Assembly: GCA_030648715.1 (NCBI GenBank)
Contig: JAUSGZ010000017.1
Coordinates: 5,108-69,107, forward strand
Reading direction: 5' to 3'
DNA: 64,000 nucleotides
From: a bacterium
Lineage (GTDB): Bacteria; Patescibacteriota; Patescibacteriia; Buchananbacterales; GWA2-38-13
Positions 30,801 through 41,166 of the stretch are shown one piece after another. Position 1 is the first letter of the stretch; every line of letters begins with the position of its first letter. The position numbers were made by a program, and so were the translations under genes. The notes under the pieces are model-generated. The model made no database searches, was not told the origin of the DNA, and worked only from the letters and a program-made list of their open reading frames with translations.

Positions 30801-33800
30801 CCGGCGCCGCCGTCGGTGGAAACCGTATTGCCGGGAACATACGCCGGCCGCCAGGAGCAGAGGCCGGTGCGGCAATCCGGGTCGTTGGAACCGCTCACTC
30901 CCCTCTCCAGACAATCCGGGTCGCAGATACTGTCGCTTTGGCCGTTGCACGTGCCGTCCGGCCCGTCGTCACCGCTCCCGTTGGTGCCGCAGTTGGGGTC
31001 CAAGCCCGCCGGACAGTCGGGATCGCAGAACCCATCGCTGGCAACCGGCCAGCAGCCGTCGTCGCTGCCATTGCCGATGCCGCCGCAATCCGGGTCGACG
31101 ATGCTGGCAGCGAACGACCCATACGTGCAGTCCGCATCGCAATCGTCCGGCTCGTCATTGCTGGCATTGCAGCAGCCGTCGGTCGCATTGCTGCACACGC
31201 GCGGGCCGCAGTCGCGGTCGTAATTTCCGCTAAATGAGCAGTCGTAATCGCAGCCATCGCCCACCGGCGGCGGGTTGGGGCACGAAAAATTCTTGACCGC
31301 ATTCGCCGGCTTCCAGCAGTCCGGGTCAACCGCGCCCGGACAGTCGGCGTCGCAGACCGTATCGATGACGGGCAGGCAGCAATTACCGGCAGCGCTGGTA
31401 CAGACCGGACAATCCGGGTCCACAACCTTCCCCTCCGCATCCAAACCGCAATCCGGGTCGCAGACATCCGGGGTGTCATTCTGGGCCAGGCAGCACCAAT
31501 CATGGCCGTTCTGGCACGCCTGTTCGAACGCCCCGCGGTCGGCTGCCGCCGAGCCGATGGATGACTTTTGGATATTGCCGGTCGTCATCCCGCCCACCTG
31601 CACCTCCCAGAACCGGTTGGCCGGATCGGCTCCGTGGCGGAGGTCGTTGCGGCCGGTCAAGGCGCCGCCGCCCGTCCCGCCGCCGCCCAACGGATCGCTC
31701 GTGCAGTCAACGCACGACAGGTCGAAATTGGCCACGCTCTTCATGCTGATATTGTCGCCTTCCATGGTGCCGCTGCCCGGCGTAATGCGCGCATCAAGGA
31801 TGGTGACCTGGCTGCTGTCAGTAACCTCCACGCCATGGCCGAACGGGTTACGGATCTCCAAGCCATCGAACGTCGTGGTCGCATCGCTGAATCCGGTATT
31901 CCTCCCGACGATGCGGACGCACGGCCCGATGCAATTTTCGAGTTCAAGGTTCCGCGCATTCACCGGACCGGCGTAGTTGAATTCCAGCGGGTCGGCGCCC
32001 GACAATTTGCTCGCCACCCCCTTGAGGTTGGTGAACTGAAAAAAGGTGCTGTTGTTGGCGACTTGGAGGTGGTAGGTGCGCAACGGCGTACAGGTAGCGC
32101 CAATGCCGGCGCAGTCGGCGGCCGCGGTACACCGTTTTCCCCAGTCCAGCGTCGAACCCTGGCAGGTTTTCTCGAATTCCGGGTTGCTCAATGTCTGCAC
32201 CACGCCAGCGTCAACGTACTCACTCGTACCGTAGAAGTAGTAAAGCGGCGGGTGCAGGGCGCAGGTCACCGTCAGCTTCGGACGGTTCGCCGCCGTGCCA
32301 TTCTCCTCCTTATCGAAAGCGAACCCATCATCGTCGGCGGCGCCGTTATCGGGCGCGATCAGCAAACCTTCCGCGAGCCGCAGCCCCGACACCCACTCCT
32401 GCACCAGCTGACGGCCGTAGGCGTTGAGGGTATGGGTGTAGCTTCCCAATACCCCCGTACCGAAGCCCGTACCGCTGGCTAAATTGATGCCGTCCTGGTC
32501 CTGGAACGTGGATTTCGCCCCAGGAATGTTCCACGAGCCGGACGCAAACGGCCTATTCCAAGTCGCCTCGGCATCAATAAAGTAGTTCCGCAGCCCGTAG
32601 ATGGCAAACCGGTCCGCGGAGCTGTTCGTGACGTTGACCGTGAGCTTCACGTCCAGGACGGTGCAGCCGGGGGGCAGCACAAGATCCTGGGTTGAAAAGG
32701 GCACCCACCGGAGAAGTACGCGTGTCTCCTTGCCGGTGCCGTTGTTGTCGATATCACCGTCCACCGCCAAGGTCGCGTCGCCGTTCTTGGGCGTCGTCGG
32801 CTCCTTCTCATTAATGACGGTGTCGGACGTATCGTTGAACGTGGCCGTCGGACCCACGCCATCCTGCAGCTGGTAAGTGACGACGGTCGCGGACCCGCTG
32901 GGGCCGGCCGCATTCGTGCGCGCGACCGTGTGGCTGTAGTACTGGGTCGCGGAAAAATCCTCTGCGCCGTCGACGACGCGCGAGCCCGGGATACGCCCGA
33001 CCCAGAAGTAGGGCTGCTTGAGCGCGGTACCGGTGGAGGTCACGCGGTTGCCGAACCAGGTGATCTGCGTCGAATCGCCGATACGGATGCCCGGCGGGTC
33101 CTCCACATCCAGGCCGCCGAACCGGTCCGGGATCTGAACAACGTTGCCGCGAAAGATCATATTCCGAGCGTAGGAAAGCTGGATGCCCGGCCCATTGTTG
33201 TCTAAAAATTGATTGCCATCCACATCGGTGTAGCCGGACTGGAGGTACTCGTCCTCGGAAAACGCGGCCCCGCCTTGCGCGTTGCCGTTGAAGGAATTGA
33301 ACGCGATCTGCGTGCCGCTGCCGGCATCCTCCGCGCGCAGCCCCCACCCGGTATTGTTATTCACGGCGCTGTAGTTGAGGTACTGGTTGAATGGCCCGTC
33401 CAGCCATATCCCATCGCTCCCCTCGCGGAGCGTGGCGCCGGCGGCGTTCTTGCCATTCTCCACGCTGGCGAGCTTGTAGAACACATTGAGTCCGTATCCG
33501 CGGAGGTGCATGCCACCCGCAAAATTCCGGGTCGTGGTGTTGTTATACTCGTTCGGCTGGAGCCCGATCGGCCAGGTCCGAACATCATAGACGGAATACC
33601 CGTAGCACGGCGACGTGGGCGAGATATAGTTGCAGCTCGAGCCAAAACCCACATTCCACCCGAAAAAATTCCCCCAACCGGATTGCCCGCCCTCCGCGTA
33701 CACGCCGTACCGGCTGACGCTCCCCGAGAACGTATTGCGCCAAAAGAAGTTGTGGGTCGTGTCGGCATCGCGGCCGCTGTACGAACGCGTGAGCGCGACA

Positions 33801-36361
33801 TTGTCGCCCTGGCTGTCGGAGATGGTGTTCTCGTAGAACTGGCCGTACTGCGAGCCGTAGAGGAGGAGGCCGATGGCGTCCGTCGCGCCCCCCGTCCCGG
33901 TATCGTCAATGGTCGTATGATGGGTAATGACCTGGTCCACGTCGTACGCTAGGAGCCCGCCGTTGGTATTGGCCGAGAAAAGCGCGTTCCACACCAGCAG
34001 CCGGTTGGCGACGACCCCGCGCGACTGCGCCCGCACCCCCTCGTTGTTGGTCAGCAGCTGGATGCAGCCGGCAGTCGCACACCCCAGCGTCGTGCTGGAC
34101 GTGTCGAACATCAGCACGCCGTAGCCGTTGCTGGAAAACTGGCTGTTGCTGACCGCAATGTTGTAGCTGTTGACCGCATAAAGCCCGACCTGCGCGCCGC
34201 TGACCGAAACGTTGGTGACCTTTTGGGACGAGGCAACGGCCGTGTCGCATTTCCCATTGTCCAGGCTCATGCCGACGCACGCCAATTTCAGCGGGTCGCC
34301 GTTGGCGAGCGCCATGCCGCCCCCCAACAGACCGCCGAAATTCCGCACTTCGATGTTCTTGGCGCCAACGATGGTCAGGTGGCCAAGGTTGGCGAGGAAC
34401 GGGTCGGTAACGCCGTCAAATACCAGACCGTCAATGGTCGGCCCGAAATAGTAGAGCACCTGTTTGCCGGTGACACCCAGCCAGTTGAACGGCATGGGTG
34501 CGCCGCCGCCGGGCCGATAGGCGGGATTGGCGAAGACGTGACGGTAGTCGTTCAGCCGCAGACCCGCGGGGTAATTGGGGTCAACATCGGAAACGCCGTC
34601 CCCATCCACTCCTTTTTCGCAATACACGCCATCGCCATCCTTATCCGGGAAACAATCCTGGAGGTGGTCGGACAGCACGTTGTAGTACTGGCCGTAGCGG
34701 CCGTCGCGGATGGTCCAGACATTATTCCAGCGCAGGAGAAAATCCTCGGTGTTCTCGAGCTTGATGCCGTTGCCAAACCCCTCCAGCTCGCAGCCGACGA
34801 TAGTGCCGCGCCGGCGCGTTTGGTACGTGTTGTTGCTGGCAAGCCGCGTGGACGTGGCGTGGATGCCGACTGTGCTGGTGGCAAAAAGGTCCAATACCGC
34901 CGGGTTCAGCCGCAGCTTGCCGCCGAAGTCAAACTGTGCCTCCCAGTCGCAGTCCAAAATGAGATTGTCGGCCGCAAAACCGATGGCATCGCGCGTGCCA
35001 TCCCCCGGCGGATACGGCGGATCGAACGTGTAGAGGGTATTAGGCGCCAGACACGTGTTTTCCTGGAGAATTCTCGAAGAAGTCCACGTCCCGCCCGCCA
35101 GGCACGCCTTGCGATAATTCTCGGCGTTGTAGAGATCGGTTCGCGGCAGCCCATAACAATCGGGGTCGACGGATGGAGTGACGCAGTCGTAATCGCATAG
35201 ATTGTTGCTCGCGGTGTTGCAGCTGCCTGGCGTTCCGGTATCCTGCGGTTCGACGCTTGTGAAAATGTTGTCCTTTGTGACATCGTTGCCCGGCGATTGG
35301 AAACTGATGTCGTGACCGACCGACTCCAGACGGATACCCACCCCGCGGCCTGAAAATACGTTGTTGTAAACGTTGATGTAGTCCATCCGCGGGGTCAACG
35401 CGCCGCCGTTGTCCAAATACAGGTCGTTGAGCGTGCAGTCGGTGCTCATCGGCACGGTTTTGGTCGCACAGTCAATGTAGTTGGAGTGGATAGGCAGCCG
35501 GGCGGCGGCCTGGCCCAGCGGCGTACTCAAATAGATACCGGCCTCATTGGTGTAACTGTCGGCCGCCGTCTCGTAGACGGTGACGCGGTTGCCGGAAATT
35601 TCGCTGTCGGGCATGTGCAGGTTGGCAAGGTAGATACCCTGCTGGCCCACCTCCAGGATGTCGTTCTCCAAAATTTTTATGCCGGTCCCGTTACTGGCGC
35701 CGAAACTCCCGCGAATGCCGATCTCGGTCGTTGCCAGCACGCTGCCGGTCCAACGGCTGCGGATGGTATTGTTCTGCAGCGTCCAGTTGACCGTACTCTG
35801 AAAGCTGATGCCCTGGTCGAATCCTTCAATGACGCAATTTTTAATGGTGACGTTCTGTTTGCAGGCATCCTGACCGCCGCTGGCGCAGGGCTGCGAGCAG
35901 GTGTCATACTGCCGGGCCTCCGCAAAGCAGGCGGTACACGACCAGCCCCCGCGGAAGTAATCCCAGCGCGCGTCGATGCCGACGCCGGGAATGTTGCCGA
36001 TGTTATTGCGGTTCGTGTACAAGCGGTGCCCCTGGCAATCAATGGTGATGGGGGTGGCATCGTCGGTCGCGGCGATGCGCAAACCGTAAAAATATTCATC
36101 CGACTGCACGTTGCAGTGGCCCTCGCCGGCGTAGTAATCGGACTCATACCCATCGCACGGCCCCAGGTCGCTCGCCAGGGTAACATCGCCCACCACGTAG
36201 CTCCCGCAGGCGCACTGCCCCTGCCCGCCGCCGCACTCGTCATAGGAATACTGCTGGGCACCGACCGCGCGGGGCAGCAGGAACATCGCGCCGGCAGCAA
36301 CCGCTGCCGCTGCCCACGAGCGTACCCTGAACCCTTGCTGCAAAATACTGAGATGCCGCAT
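27839..36361 (-). CDS. Giant (~2840 aa) secreted surface protein: right-handed beta-helix repeats, DNRLRE-like domain, Cys/Asp-rich CDxDC-DPDC repeats
   Basis: Single open frame with signal peptide; PbH1-like NVTIKNCVIEGF/NNTI repeats; DT.INE...RVLLRW...ATWN...NRPKLTVT; many C-D-x-D-C...D-P-D-C units. Confidence 0.85.
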   Translation of the reverse strand: MRHLSILQQGFRVRSWAAAAVAAGAMFLLPRAVGAQQYSYDECGGGQGQCACGSYVVGDVTLASDLGPCDGYESDYYAGEGHCNVQSDEYFYGLRIAATDDATPITIDCQGHRLYTNRNNIGNIPGVGIDARWDYFRGGWSCTACFAEARQYDTCSQPCASGGQDACKQNVTIKNCVIEGFDQGISFQSTVNWTLQNNTIRSRWTGSVLATTEIGIRGSFGASNGTGIKILENDILEVGQQGIYLANLHMPDSEISGNRVTVYETAADSYTNEAGIYLSTPLGQAAARLPIHSNYIDCATKTVPMSTDCTLNDLYLDNGGALTPRMDYINVYNNVFSGRGVGIRLESVGHDISFQSPGNDVTKDNIFTSVEPQDTGTPGSCNTASNNLCDYDCVTPSVDPDCYGLPRTDLYNAENYRKACLAGGTWTSSRILQENTCLAPNTLYTFDPPYPPGDGTRDAIGFAADNLILDCDWEAQFDFGGKLRLNPAVLDLFATSTVGIHATSTRLASNNTYQTRRRGTIVGCELEGFGNGIKLENTEDFLLRWNNVWTIRDGRYGQYYNVLSDHLQDCFPDKDGDGVYCEKGVDGDGVSDVDPNYPAGLRLNDYRHVFANPAYRPGGGAPMPFNWLGVTGKQVLYYFGPTIDGLVFDGVTDPFLANLGHLTIVGAKNIEVRNFGGLLGGGMALANGDPLKLACVGMSLDNGKCDTAVASSQKVTNVSVSGAQVGLYAVNSYNIAVSNSQFSSNGYGVLMFDTSSTTLGCATAGCIQLLTNNEGVRAQSRGVVANRLLVWNALFSANTNGGLLAYDVDQVITHHTTIDDTGTGGATDAIGLLLYGSQYGQFYENTISDSQGDNVALTRSYSGRDADTTHNFFWRNTFSGSVSRYGVYAEGGQSGWGNFFGWNVGFGSSCNYISPTSPCYGYSVYDVRTWPIGLQPNEYNNTTTRNFAGGMHLRGYGLNVFYKLASVENGKNAAGATLREGSDGIWLDGPFNQYLNYSAVNNNTGWGLRAEDAGSGTQIAFNSFNGNAQGGAAFSEDEYLQSGYTDVDGNQFLDNNGPGIQLSYARNMIFRGNVVQIPDRFGGLDVEDPPGIRIGDSTQITWFGNRVTSTGTALKQPYFWVGRIPGSRVVDGAEDFSATQYYSHTVARTNAAGPSGSATVVTYQLQDGVGPTATFNDTSDTVINEKEPTTPKNGDATLAVDGDIDNNGTGKETRVLLRWVPFSTQDLVLPPGCTVLDVKLTVNVTNSSADRFAIYGLRNYFIDAEATWNRPFASGSWNIPGAKSTFQDQDGINLASGTGFGTGVLGSYTHTLNAYGRQLVQEWVSGLRLAEGLLIAPDNGAADDDGFAFDKEENGTAANRPKLTVTCALHPPLYYFYGTSEYVDAGVVQTLSNPEFEKTCQGSTLDWGKRCTAAADCAGIGATCTPLRTYHLQVANNSTFFQFTNLKGVASKLSGADPLEFNYAGPVNARNLELENCIGPCVRIVGRNTGFSDATTTFDGLEIRNPFGHGVEVTDSSQVTILDARITPGSGTMEGDNISMKSVANFDLSCVDCTSDPLGGGGTGGGALTGRNDLRHGADPANRFWEVQVGGMTTGNIQKSSIGSAAADRGAFEQACQNGHDWCCLAQNDTPDVCDPDCGLDAEGKVVDPDCPVCTSAAGNCCLPVIDTVCDADCPGAVDPDCWKPANAVKNFSCPNPPPVGDGCDYDCSFSGNYDRDCGPRVCSNATDGCCNASNDEPDDCDADCTYGSFAASIVDPDCGGIGNGSDDGCWPVASDGFCDPDCPAGLDPNCGTNGSGDDGPDGTCNGQSDSICDPDCLERGVSGSNDPDCRTGLCSWRPAYVPGNTVSTDGGAGCNTDPATGFARSNGVCDIDCGPLTGGQPVDPDCVAVDCCFPAVDNACDTDCAAGVDPDCTTPAQWPAVASCQPWLDGMCDYGCPAGRDPDCGALTIAYSGAACDRRLNGVCDYNCGFTYSDGLPADPDCATLCNNSADGCCQANTDNRCDPDCSIDAGGLAVDPDCINGCTNTAGNCCLAADDGVCDADCPAVMDPDCTSDINFCGNRSYLGGNTWPASYASPYKDDLNYFYEEGIPNTAASCVAPIIRFHGDAAGNADRFATQDKPLRSSDLATRELARGDVKITVQMGDYEGSDLKLGLWFATEQATWKDPSDISTTPPGTGWWPFCDGESYWCSESYFSDNTSQQPLSPADPPLPLPKMQPPAGLPQPPPPPHPSVDNGYEFWPLTSRIGQTDPVVTRPWPAPNTGFDLNYLTDVTFYWAAASSCFNYGEGCPAGSVTYANRRLPVWLEVNNFEQGNSSCPWDTDPGCFSGPGLYNNITLCDASCQPSCTQACTQADAETRKEWTRRQRMMLDLQGPTLPALPVPNFGAQGTSDDFPCAYTVNRYDITWPWATGEVTSGEYQSWTNNQAHYEIWFGSISADIIARQDTNGNAADGPFVWEDISAAASGLPHEEDTLACDWTVRPRLDANLGVITCNQGANCLTQLWTKLTGTIYFNICALDDFGNVSNCLFSDPKPWAQTQYGDVFAGHNLEALTPPPTLNSTFLLTSGGSINNWSSTCASGADFGSGACKLPFYSNAGWTKSFPSYTNDFSTPAGTLWFLQGFNGSNFSSVGGVLDKLRNRYGAARVIDLATYNTCDGSGSSLPSVLGGNIYYWDGSTLGDCVTSSALSFANNFGSQDGSALFLINGNLYIGDGVQYTDAPGPTSLKNIASAAWLVLGGVQIDPSVTQVDSTLIALGDWANRATACNAAADPLTCGSIMTGDDTASPKALTARGVFVARQFLLERVYPDLVNPAERFIYDGRILANTPLGLEQAVQSLPVWK

Positions 36362-36405
36362 CACTGGAGGGAAATGCAGAACAGCGTTATACTGAAACCG
36401 TCCGT

Positions 36406-36909
36406 ATGGGAAAAAATCGCGCTCCACTTGCCGGCCTCGTCATTGCCCTTGGGCTCGTCGTACTTGGGTTGTTCCTGGGCGCGCGCTGGCTGACCACATC
36501 GCGACGTGCACCCGTCGCACCGGTAACCGTCTGGGGCCGGTATCTTGAGCGTACCCCCGACTCGCTGACAGTGACCGTTGACCAGTTGCCGCCGGCGGCA
36601 ACCCAACAGGCAAATCTCCTGCCGATGGGCACGGAACGGCGTACAGTCTTTCCGCTCACGCCGCAAACGACCATGGTGGCGGAATATTTCATGGGCGACG
36701 GTGAACTGGCAACGCTCATCCTGTCGGAACCGCTGAATTTCAATAACCTCTTGCCGGGTACCGTACTCCAGATCGAAGCCGTTCCCCTCGGCCGGGGAAA
36801 ATGGCGCACGCTGGCAGTCCGGCGCCGCCAGTCCATTGCCCGCCCGGATCCTGCTGCGGAAGATACTGCTGCTACTACGAACATCCCGCCACCTATCAGC
36901 CCCCCATAA
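36406..36909 (+). CDS. Hypothetical membrane-anchored protein
   Basis: ATG start, N-terminal hydrophobic helix, fills the gap divergent from the giant gene. Confidence 0.6.
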   Translation: MGKNRAPLAGLVIALGLVVLGLFLGARWLTTSRRAPVAPVTVWGRYLERTPDSLTVTVDQLPPAATQQANLLPMGTERRTVFPLTPQTTMVAEYFMGDGELATLILSEPLNFNNLLPGTVLQIEAVPLGRGKWRTLAVRRRQSIARPDPAAEDTAATTNIPPPISPP

Positions 36910-36936
36910 CGAGTGTGACGGCAGCGGGAAAATCTT

Positions 36937-36966
36937 TTGACAATGGAGGGCATTTTATTTTATAAT
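36937..36966 (+). promoter_or_regulatory. Consensus sigma70 promoter of the lemA-htpX-clpC operon
   Basis: TTGACA (36937-36942), 18-nt spacer, TATAAT (36961-36966). Confidence 0.75.
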
Positions 36967-37031
36967 GCAACCGTTGGGATCACTTTTTTTATCCCTCAAG
37001 TCTAATTATTATACCACAAACGAACCCACGT

Positions 37032-37589
37032 ATGAATTTCAATGTACTCTACGTCCTCCTCGGAGTCGTCTTGGTCGTCGGCATCTGGCTGATCGCCGTC
37101 TATAACGGCTTAATCCGCCTGAAAAACCGGGTCCAAGAGGCCTGGTCGGACATTGAAGTCCAGCTCAAGCGACGCTACGACCTTATCCCCAACCTGATCG
37201 AAACGGTCAAGGGCTACGCCACCCACGAGCGCGAGTTGCTGGAAAAGGTCACCGCGGCCCGCACCGCGGCGATGACCTCGGGGTCCCTGGCGGAAAAAGC
37301 GCAGGCCGAGAACATGCTGTCGCAAACGCTCAAGTCGCTGTTCGCGGTGGCGGAGAACTACCCGCAATTGCGCGCGTCCGAGAACTTCGCCAAGCTACAG
37401 GATGAACTTTCCGACACCGAGAACAAGATCCAAGCCGCGCGGCGCTTCTACAACAGCCAGGTACGCGACTTCAACACCAAGATCCAGGTCTTCCCCAACA
37501 ATTTGATGGCGTCCAGCCTCGGCTTCAAGTCCCAGGAATTCTTCGACGCGGAAGCGGAGGCCGAGCAGCCGGTCAAAGTGAAATTTTAA
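37032..37589 (+). CDS. lemA: LemA family protein
   Basis: YNGLI, AWSDIEVQLKRRYDLIPNL, AVAENYPQLRA, ARRFYN. Confidence 0.97.
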   Translation: MNFNVLYVLLGVVLVVGIWLIAVYNGLIRLKNRVQEAWSDIEVQLKRRYDLIPNLIETVKGYATHERELLEKVTAARTAAMTSGSLAEKAQAENMLSQTLKSLFAVAENYPQLRASENFAKLQDELSDTENKIQAARRFYNSQVRDFNTKIQVFPNNLMASSLGFKSQEFFDAEAEAEQPVKVKF

Positions 37590-37689
37590 ACAATTTACAT
37601 TTGACCATTAACCTTTGACCGTTGACTTTTAACGCGGTCGTCACCCAAGGTCAAATGGTAAATGTCAAAGGTTAAGTGTCGCGCCACGC
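37590..37689. repeat. Inverted heptamer-repeat hairpin at the lemA/htpX junction
   Basis: TTGACCA/TTAACCT/TTGACCG/TTGACTT ... GTCAAATG/GTAAAT/GTCAAAG/GTTAA; perfect 12-bp pair 37608-37619 / 37664-37675. Confidence 0.85.
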
Positions 37690-38577
37690 ATGTATTCCCA
37701 GATCACGGCCAATAAGCGAAAAACCTGGCTGCTGATCGCGATCTTCACCGTCGTTATCCTGACGGCCGGGTATGCGTTCGGCGAATACGCCGGCATCGGC
37801 TACGGCGGACTGGCGTTTGCCGTTATCGTTTCCCTGACGATGACGCTCTTTTCGTATTTCGCCGGGGATAAGGTGGCGCTGGCAACCGCAGGGGCCAAAT
37901 TGGTCGACCAACAGCAAAACCCTTACCTCTACCGGATGGTGGAAAATCTGGCCATCACCGCTGGACTCCCCATGCCCCGAGTCTACGTCATCAACGACGG
38001 AGCGATCAACGCGTTTGCGACCGGCCGCGACCCGCACCACGCGTCGGTCGCCGTTACCACCGGCGCGATGGAAAAATTGGAGAACGAGGAATTGGAAGGA
38101 GTGCTGGCCCACGAGTTGTCCCACATCGGCAACTACGACATCCGGCTTATGACGATGGTTATCGTGCTCGTCGGCCTCGCCACCCTGCTGTCTGACCTGT
38201 TCTTTCGTGCGCGCTGGTATGGCGGCAGCCGCGGGCGTTCCGACAGCCGCGGCGGCAACGGCATCATCCTGGTCATCGGTATGATCGCGCTCATCCTGGC
38301 GCCCATCCTCGGCAAACTCATCCAGCTGGCGGTGTCTCGCAAACGAGAATTCTTAGCGGATGCGAGCGGAGCCCTGCTCACCCGCTACCCCGAGGGGCTG
38401 GCGCGAGCGTTGGAAAAGATCGGCGCCACAAACGTTGCGCCGATGCGCGGCGCGCACGAAGCGACCGCGCACCTCTACATCAGCTCACCGTTCGGTGCGG
38501 GAAATCGGGTAGCGAAACTCTTCTCCACGCACCCGCCGCTCCAAGAACGTATTAAGGTGCTGCGCCAAATGGCGTAA
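37690..38577 (+). CDS. htpX: HtpX-type M48 zinc metalloprotease
   Basis: NAFATG, ELEGVLAHELSH, SRKREFLAD, FSTHPP. Confidence 0.96.
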   Translation: MYSQITANKRKTWLLIAIFTVVILTAGYAFGEYAGIGYGGLAFAVIVSLTMTLFSYFAGDKVALATAGAKLVDQQQNPYLYRMVENLAITAGLPMPRVYVINDGAINAFATGRDPHHASVAVTTGAMEKLENEELEGVLAHELSHIGNYDIRLMTMVIVLVGLATLLSDLFFRARWYGGSRGRSDSRGGNGIILVIGMIALILAPILGKLIQLAVSRKREFLADASGALLTRYPEGLARALEKIGATNVAPMRGAHEATAHLYISSPFGAGNRVAKLFSTHPPLQERIKVLRQMA

Positions 38578-38687
38578 GACAAACCATTGACATCTAACCA
38601 TTAACAATTGACTATCGCCCGAAGAACGTCAACGGTGAATGGTCAACAGTCAAACGTCAATGGTCAAGGGTCAACGGTGAACACCGT
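38578..38687. repeat. Inverted heptamer-repeat hairpin at the htpX/clpC junction
   Basis: Left CATTGAC-like units; right 8 units GTCAACG GTGAATG GTCAACA GTCAAAC GTCAATG GTCAAGG GTCAACG GTGAACA (38628-38683). Confidence 0.88.
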
Positions 38688-41162
38688 ATGGACATTCTGG
38701 AAAAATTCTCTACCCACGGCCGTGCGGCCCTCCGCCAGGCATTTTTACTCAGCCGCGAGTGCGGGAGCCTGACGGTCGAACCCGAGCACTTGCTGTGCGG
38801 CATCGCCTTGCAGCGGGGCTCGATCGGCGCGGAAATGCTGGCCAAGGCCAATCTCAATATCCAAACCATCCAACAGGCGCTGCCGACGCAATCTCCAAAA
38901 GCCGCTTTGCTGCCGCGGCTGTCCGAAACGTCGCGGCGCAGCCTTGAACGCGCGACGCTGCTGTCCAGCCGCTTCGGGCACCGGTACATCGGCACCGAAC
39001 ACCTGCTCGCGGGACTGCTGGAGCAATCGGCGGGCCGGCTGGAACGGCTGCTGGCCGTCCAAGGCGTCTCGCGGGAACAGTTGCGCGACCGGCTGGGCGT
39101 CGTGTTCAAAAGCACCACGAAATTTCCCGAGCTGGCGGAAGCGCTGGATATCATGGGCGGAAGCGCCCACGAAGACGAGGCGATGCCTTCGACGACCCGC
39201 GTCGCAGCCAGGCCCGGCAACTCGCCGCTCGCCAGCTACGCCATTGAACTCACTGATGATGTGGTGCAGCGGCGCATTGACCCGCTGATCGGCCGCGAAG
39301 CTGAAGTGGAACGGCTGATACAGATCCTGTGCCGGCGCACGAAGAACAATCCCCTGCTGCTGGGCGACCCCGGCGTCGGCAAGACCGCCATCGTTGAGGG
39401 CCTGGCAAAAAAGATCGTGCAGGGCGACGTGCCCGATCCGCTGCGGCGGCGGCACATCTGGCAGTTGGATCTCGGGCTGCTGGTCGCCGGGTCATCTTAC
39501 CGCGGCGAATTCGAGCAGCGGCTGAAGCTTTTGCTGGCCGAGATCCGCCAGCGGCCCGACGTCATCCTCTTCATCGATGAGCTGCATGCGATCGTCGGCG
39601 CGGGGTCGGCGAGCGGTTCCATGGATGCGGCGAATCTGATGAAACCGGCGCTGGCGCGCGGCGAGGTACGCTGCATTGGTGCCACCACCCAGGAGGATTA
39701 CAAACGTCACGTGGAGCATGATGCCGCGCTGGAACGCCGTTTCCAGCCCATCCTCGTCCGCCAGCCCGACCAGCGCCAGACGGTCGCCATTTTGCGCGGC
39801 CTGCGCCAAAGCTACGAGCGCTTCCACGGGGTCGCCATTACCGATGAGGCCATCAGTGCGGCGGTGCAGCTGGCCGACCGTTACGTGATGGGAAAAGCCC
39901 AGCCGGACAAATCCATCGACGTACTGGATGAAGCCGCGGCGATCCGCAAGATCACCAGCGTCAAGGCGGGAGGCCGCGATCCGTTGCGGACGGCTGAACA
40001 GCAGCTGGATGAGCTCCTGGCCGGCAAACAGCGCGCGGTGGCAGATGAACGATTCGAAGATGCGCTGCAATTGCGCGACCATGAAGCGCGCCTGCGGACA
40101 AAGATGACGCGGCTGAAAGAGCGTCGCGCGCAGCTGCCGCCCATCGCCCTGCCGCGCGTTACCGTTGCCGACGTGCACGCGGTCATCGCGAAAATGACCG
40201 GGGTGCAATTGGCGGTGCTGCGCACGGGCGAACGGCAGCAATTACGCCGCCTGGAACGGCAGCTGGGAGAGCGAATTGCCGGCCAAACCGAGGCGCTCCG
40301 CAAGGTCGCCCAAGTCATCCGGCGCGCCAAGACCGGCGTTGCCAACGTCCGCCGTCCCCTGGGTTCCTTCCTCTTTCTCGGCCCATCCGGCGTCGGAAAA
40401 ACCGAATTGGCGCGGGTGCTGGCCGATACCGTCTTTGGGGGTGTGGATGCGCTCGTGCGGCTGGATATGTCCGAATTCGCCGAACCCTTCACCGTCTCGA
40501 GGCTGATCGGAGCGCCCGCCGGCTACGTGGGCTACCGTGACAGCGCACAGCTCACCGACCTGGTACGCAAACGTCCGCACAGCGTCGTGCTCTTCGACGA
40601 AGTGGAGAAAGCCCATCCCCAGGTACTGACCCTGCTGCTACAGATCCTGGAAGACGGGGTCCTCACCGACGCAACGGGAAAAACCGCCAGCTTCCGCAAC
40701 GCCGTGGTCATCATGACGGCCAACCTTGGCACGGAAGAATTCCTGCAGCAGGCCGCGATCGGTTTTGACGACCGCGAGGCCGAGCACGATGAGCGCTTCG
40801 CCGCGGTACAGCAGGCGGTGTTAGCCACGGTCGCGCAGGAGTTTCCCCCGGAGCTGCTCAATCGTATCGATCAAACGATCATTTTCAAACCCCTTTCGCT
40901 GCCGACGGTCGCGCAGATCGCCCATCGCCAGCTCCAGGAACTGGCGGCGCGGCTGAAAGAACAGGGCACGCAGCTGCGCTGGGGCCCGGCCGTTTGCCGC
41001 GCCATTGCCCAGGTCAGTTTTTCACCCGACCAGGGCGCGCGCGCAGTTCGGCGCACCATCCAAGACCTGGTGGAAACGCCGACGGCCGATCGGCTGTTGC
41101 GGAATCGGCGTCCCCCGCGCCTGACGATCCGCGCGCGCGGCGGCGTCATTACGCTCGCCTAA
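38688..41162 (+). CDS. clpC: ATP-dependent Clp protease ATPase subunit, ClpC-type
   Basis: Two Clp-N repeats (EHLL), [15 protein letters not shown], short UVR-like middle domain, [25 protein letters not shown]. Confidence 0.92.
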   Translation: MDILEKFSTHGRAALRQAFLLSRECGSLTVEPEHLLCGIALQRGSIGAEMLAKANLNIQTIQQALPTQSPKAALLPRLSETSRRSLERATLLSSRFGHRYIGTEHLLAGLLEQSAGRLERLLAVQGVSREQLRDRLGVVFKSTTKFPELAEALDIMGGSAHEDEAMPSTTRVAARPGNSPLASYAIELTDDVVQRRIDPLIGREAEVERLIQILCRRTKNNPLLLGDPGVGKTAIVEGLAKKIVQGDVPDPLRRRHIWQLDLGLLVAGSSYRGEFEQRLKLLLAEIRQRPDVILFIDELHAIVGAGSASGSMDAANLMKPALARGEVRCIGATTQEDYKRHVEHDAALERRFQPILVRQPDQRQTVAILRGLRQSYERFHGVAITDEAISAAVQLADRYVMGKAQPDKSIDVLDEAAAIRKITSVKAGGRDPLRTAEQQLDELLAGKQRAVADERFEDALQLRDHEARLRTKMTRLKERRAQLPPIALPRVTVADVHAVIAKMTGVQLAVLRTGERQQLRRLERQLGERIAGQTEALRKVAQVIRRAKTGVANVRRPLGSFLFLGPSGVGKTELARVLADTVFGGVDALVRLDMSEFAEPFTVSRLIGAPAGYVGYRDSAQLTDLVRKRPHSVVLFDEVEKAHPQVLTLLLQILEDGVLTDATGKTASFRNAVVIMTANLGTEEFLQQAAIGFDDREAEHDERFAAVQQAVLATVAQEFPPELLNRIDQTIIFKPLSLPTVAQIAHRQLQELAARLKEQGTQLRWGPAVCRAIAQVSFSPDQGARAVRRTIQDLVETPTADRLLRNRRPPRLTIRARGGVITLA

Positions 41163-41166
41163 CTGT

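Noticed and set aside
29936-36493. Long plus-strand ORFs (e.g. 29936-31237, 31568-32482, 34223-35200, 35486-36493)
   Set aside because: Antisense shadows of the 2840-aa gene, expected at high GC; no recognisable motifs
38578-38687. Short tandem repeats as a possible CRISPR array
   Set aside because: Units are 7 nt, degenerate and have no spacers; no cas genes in the window
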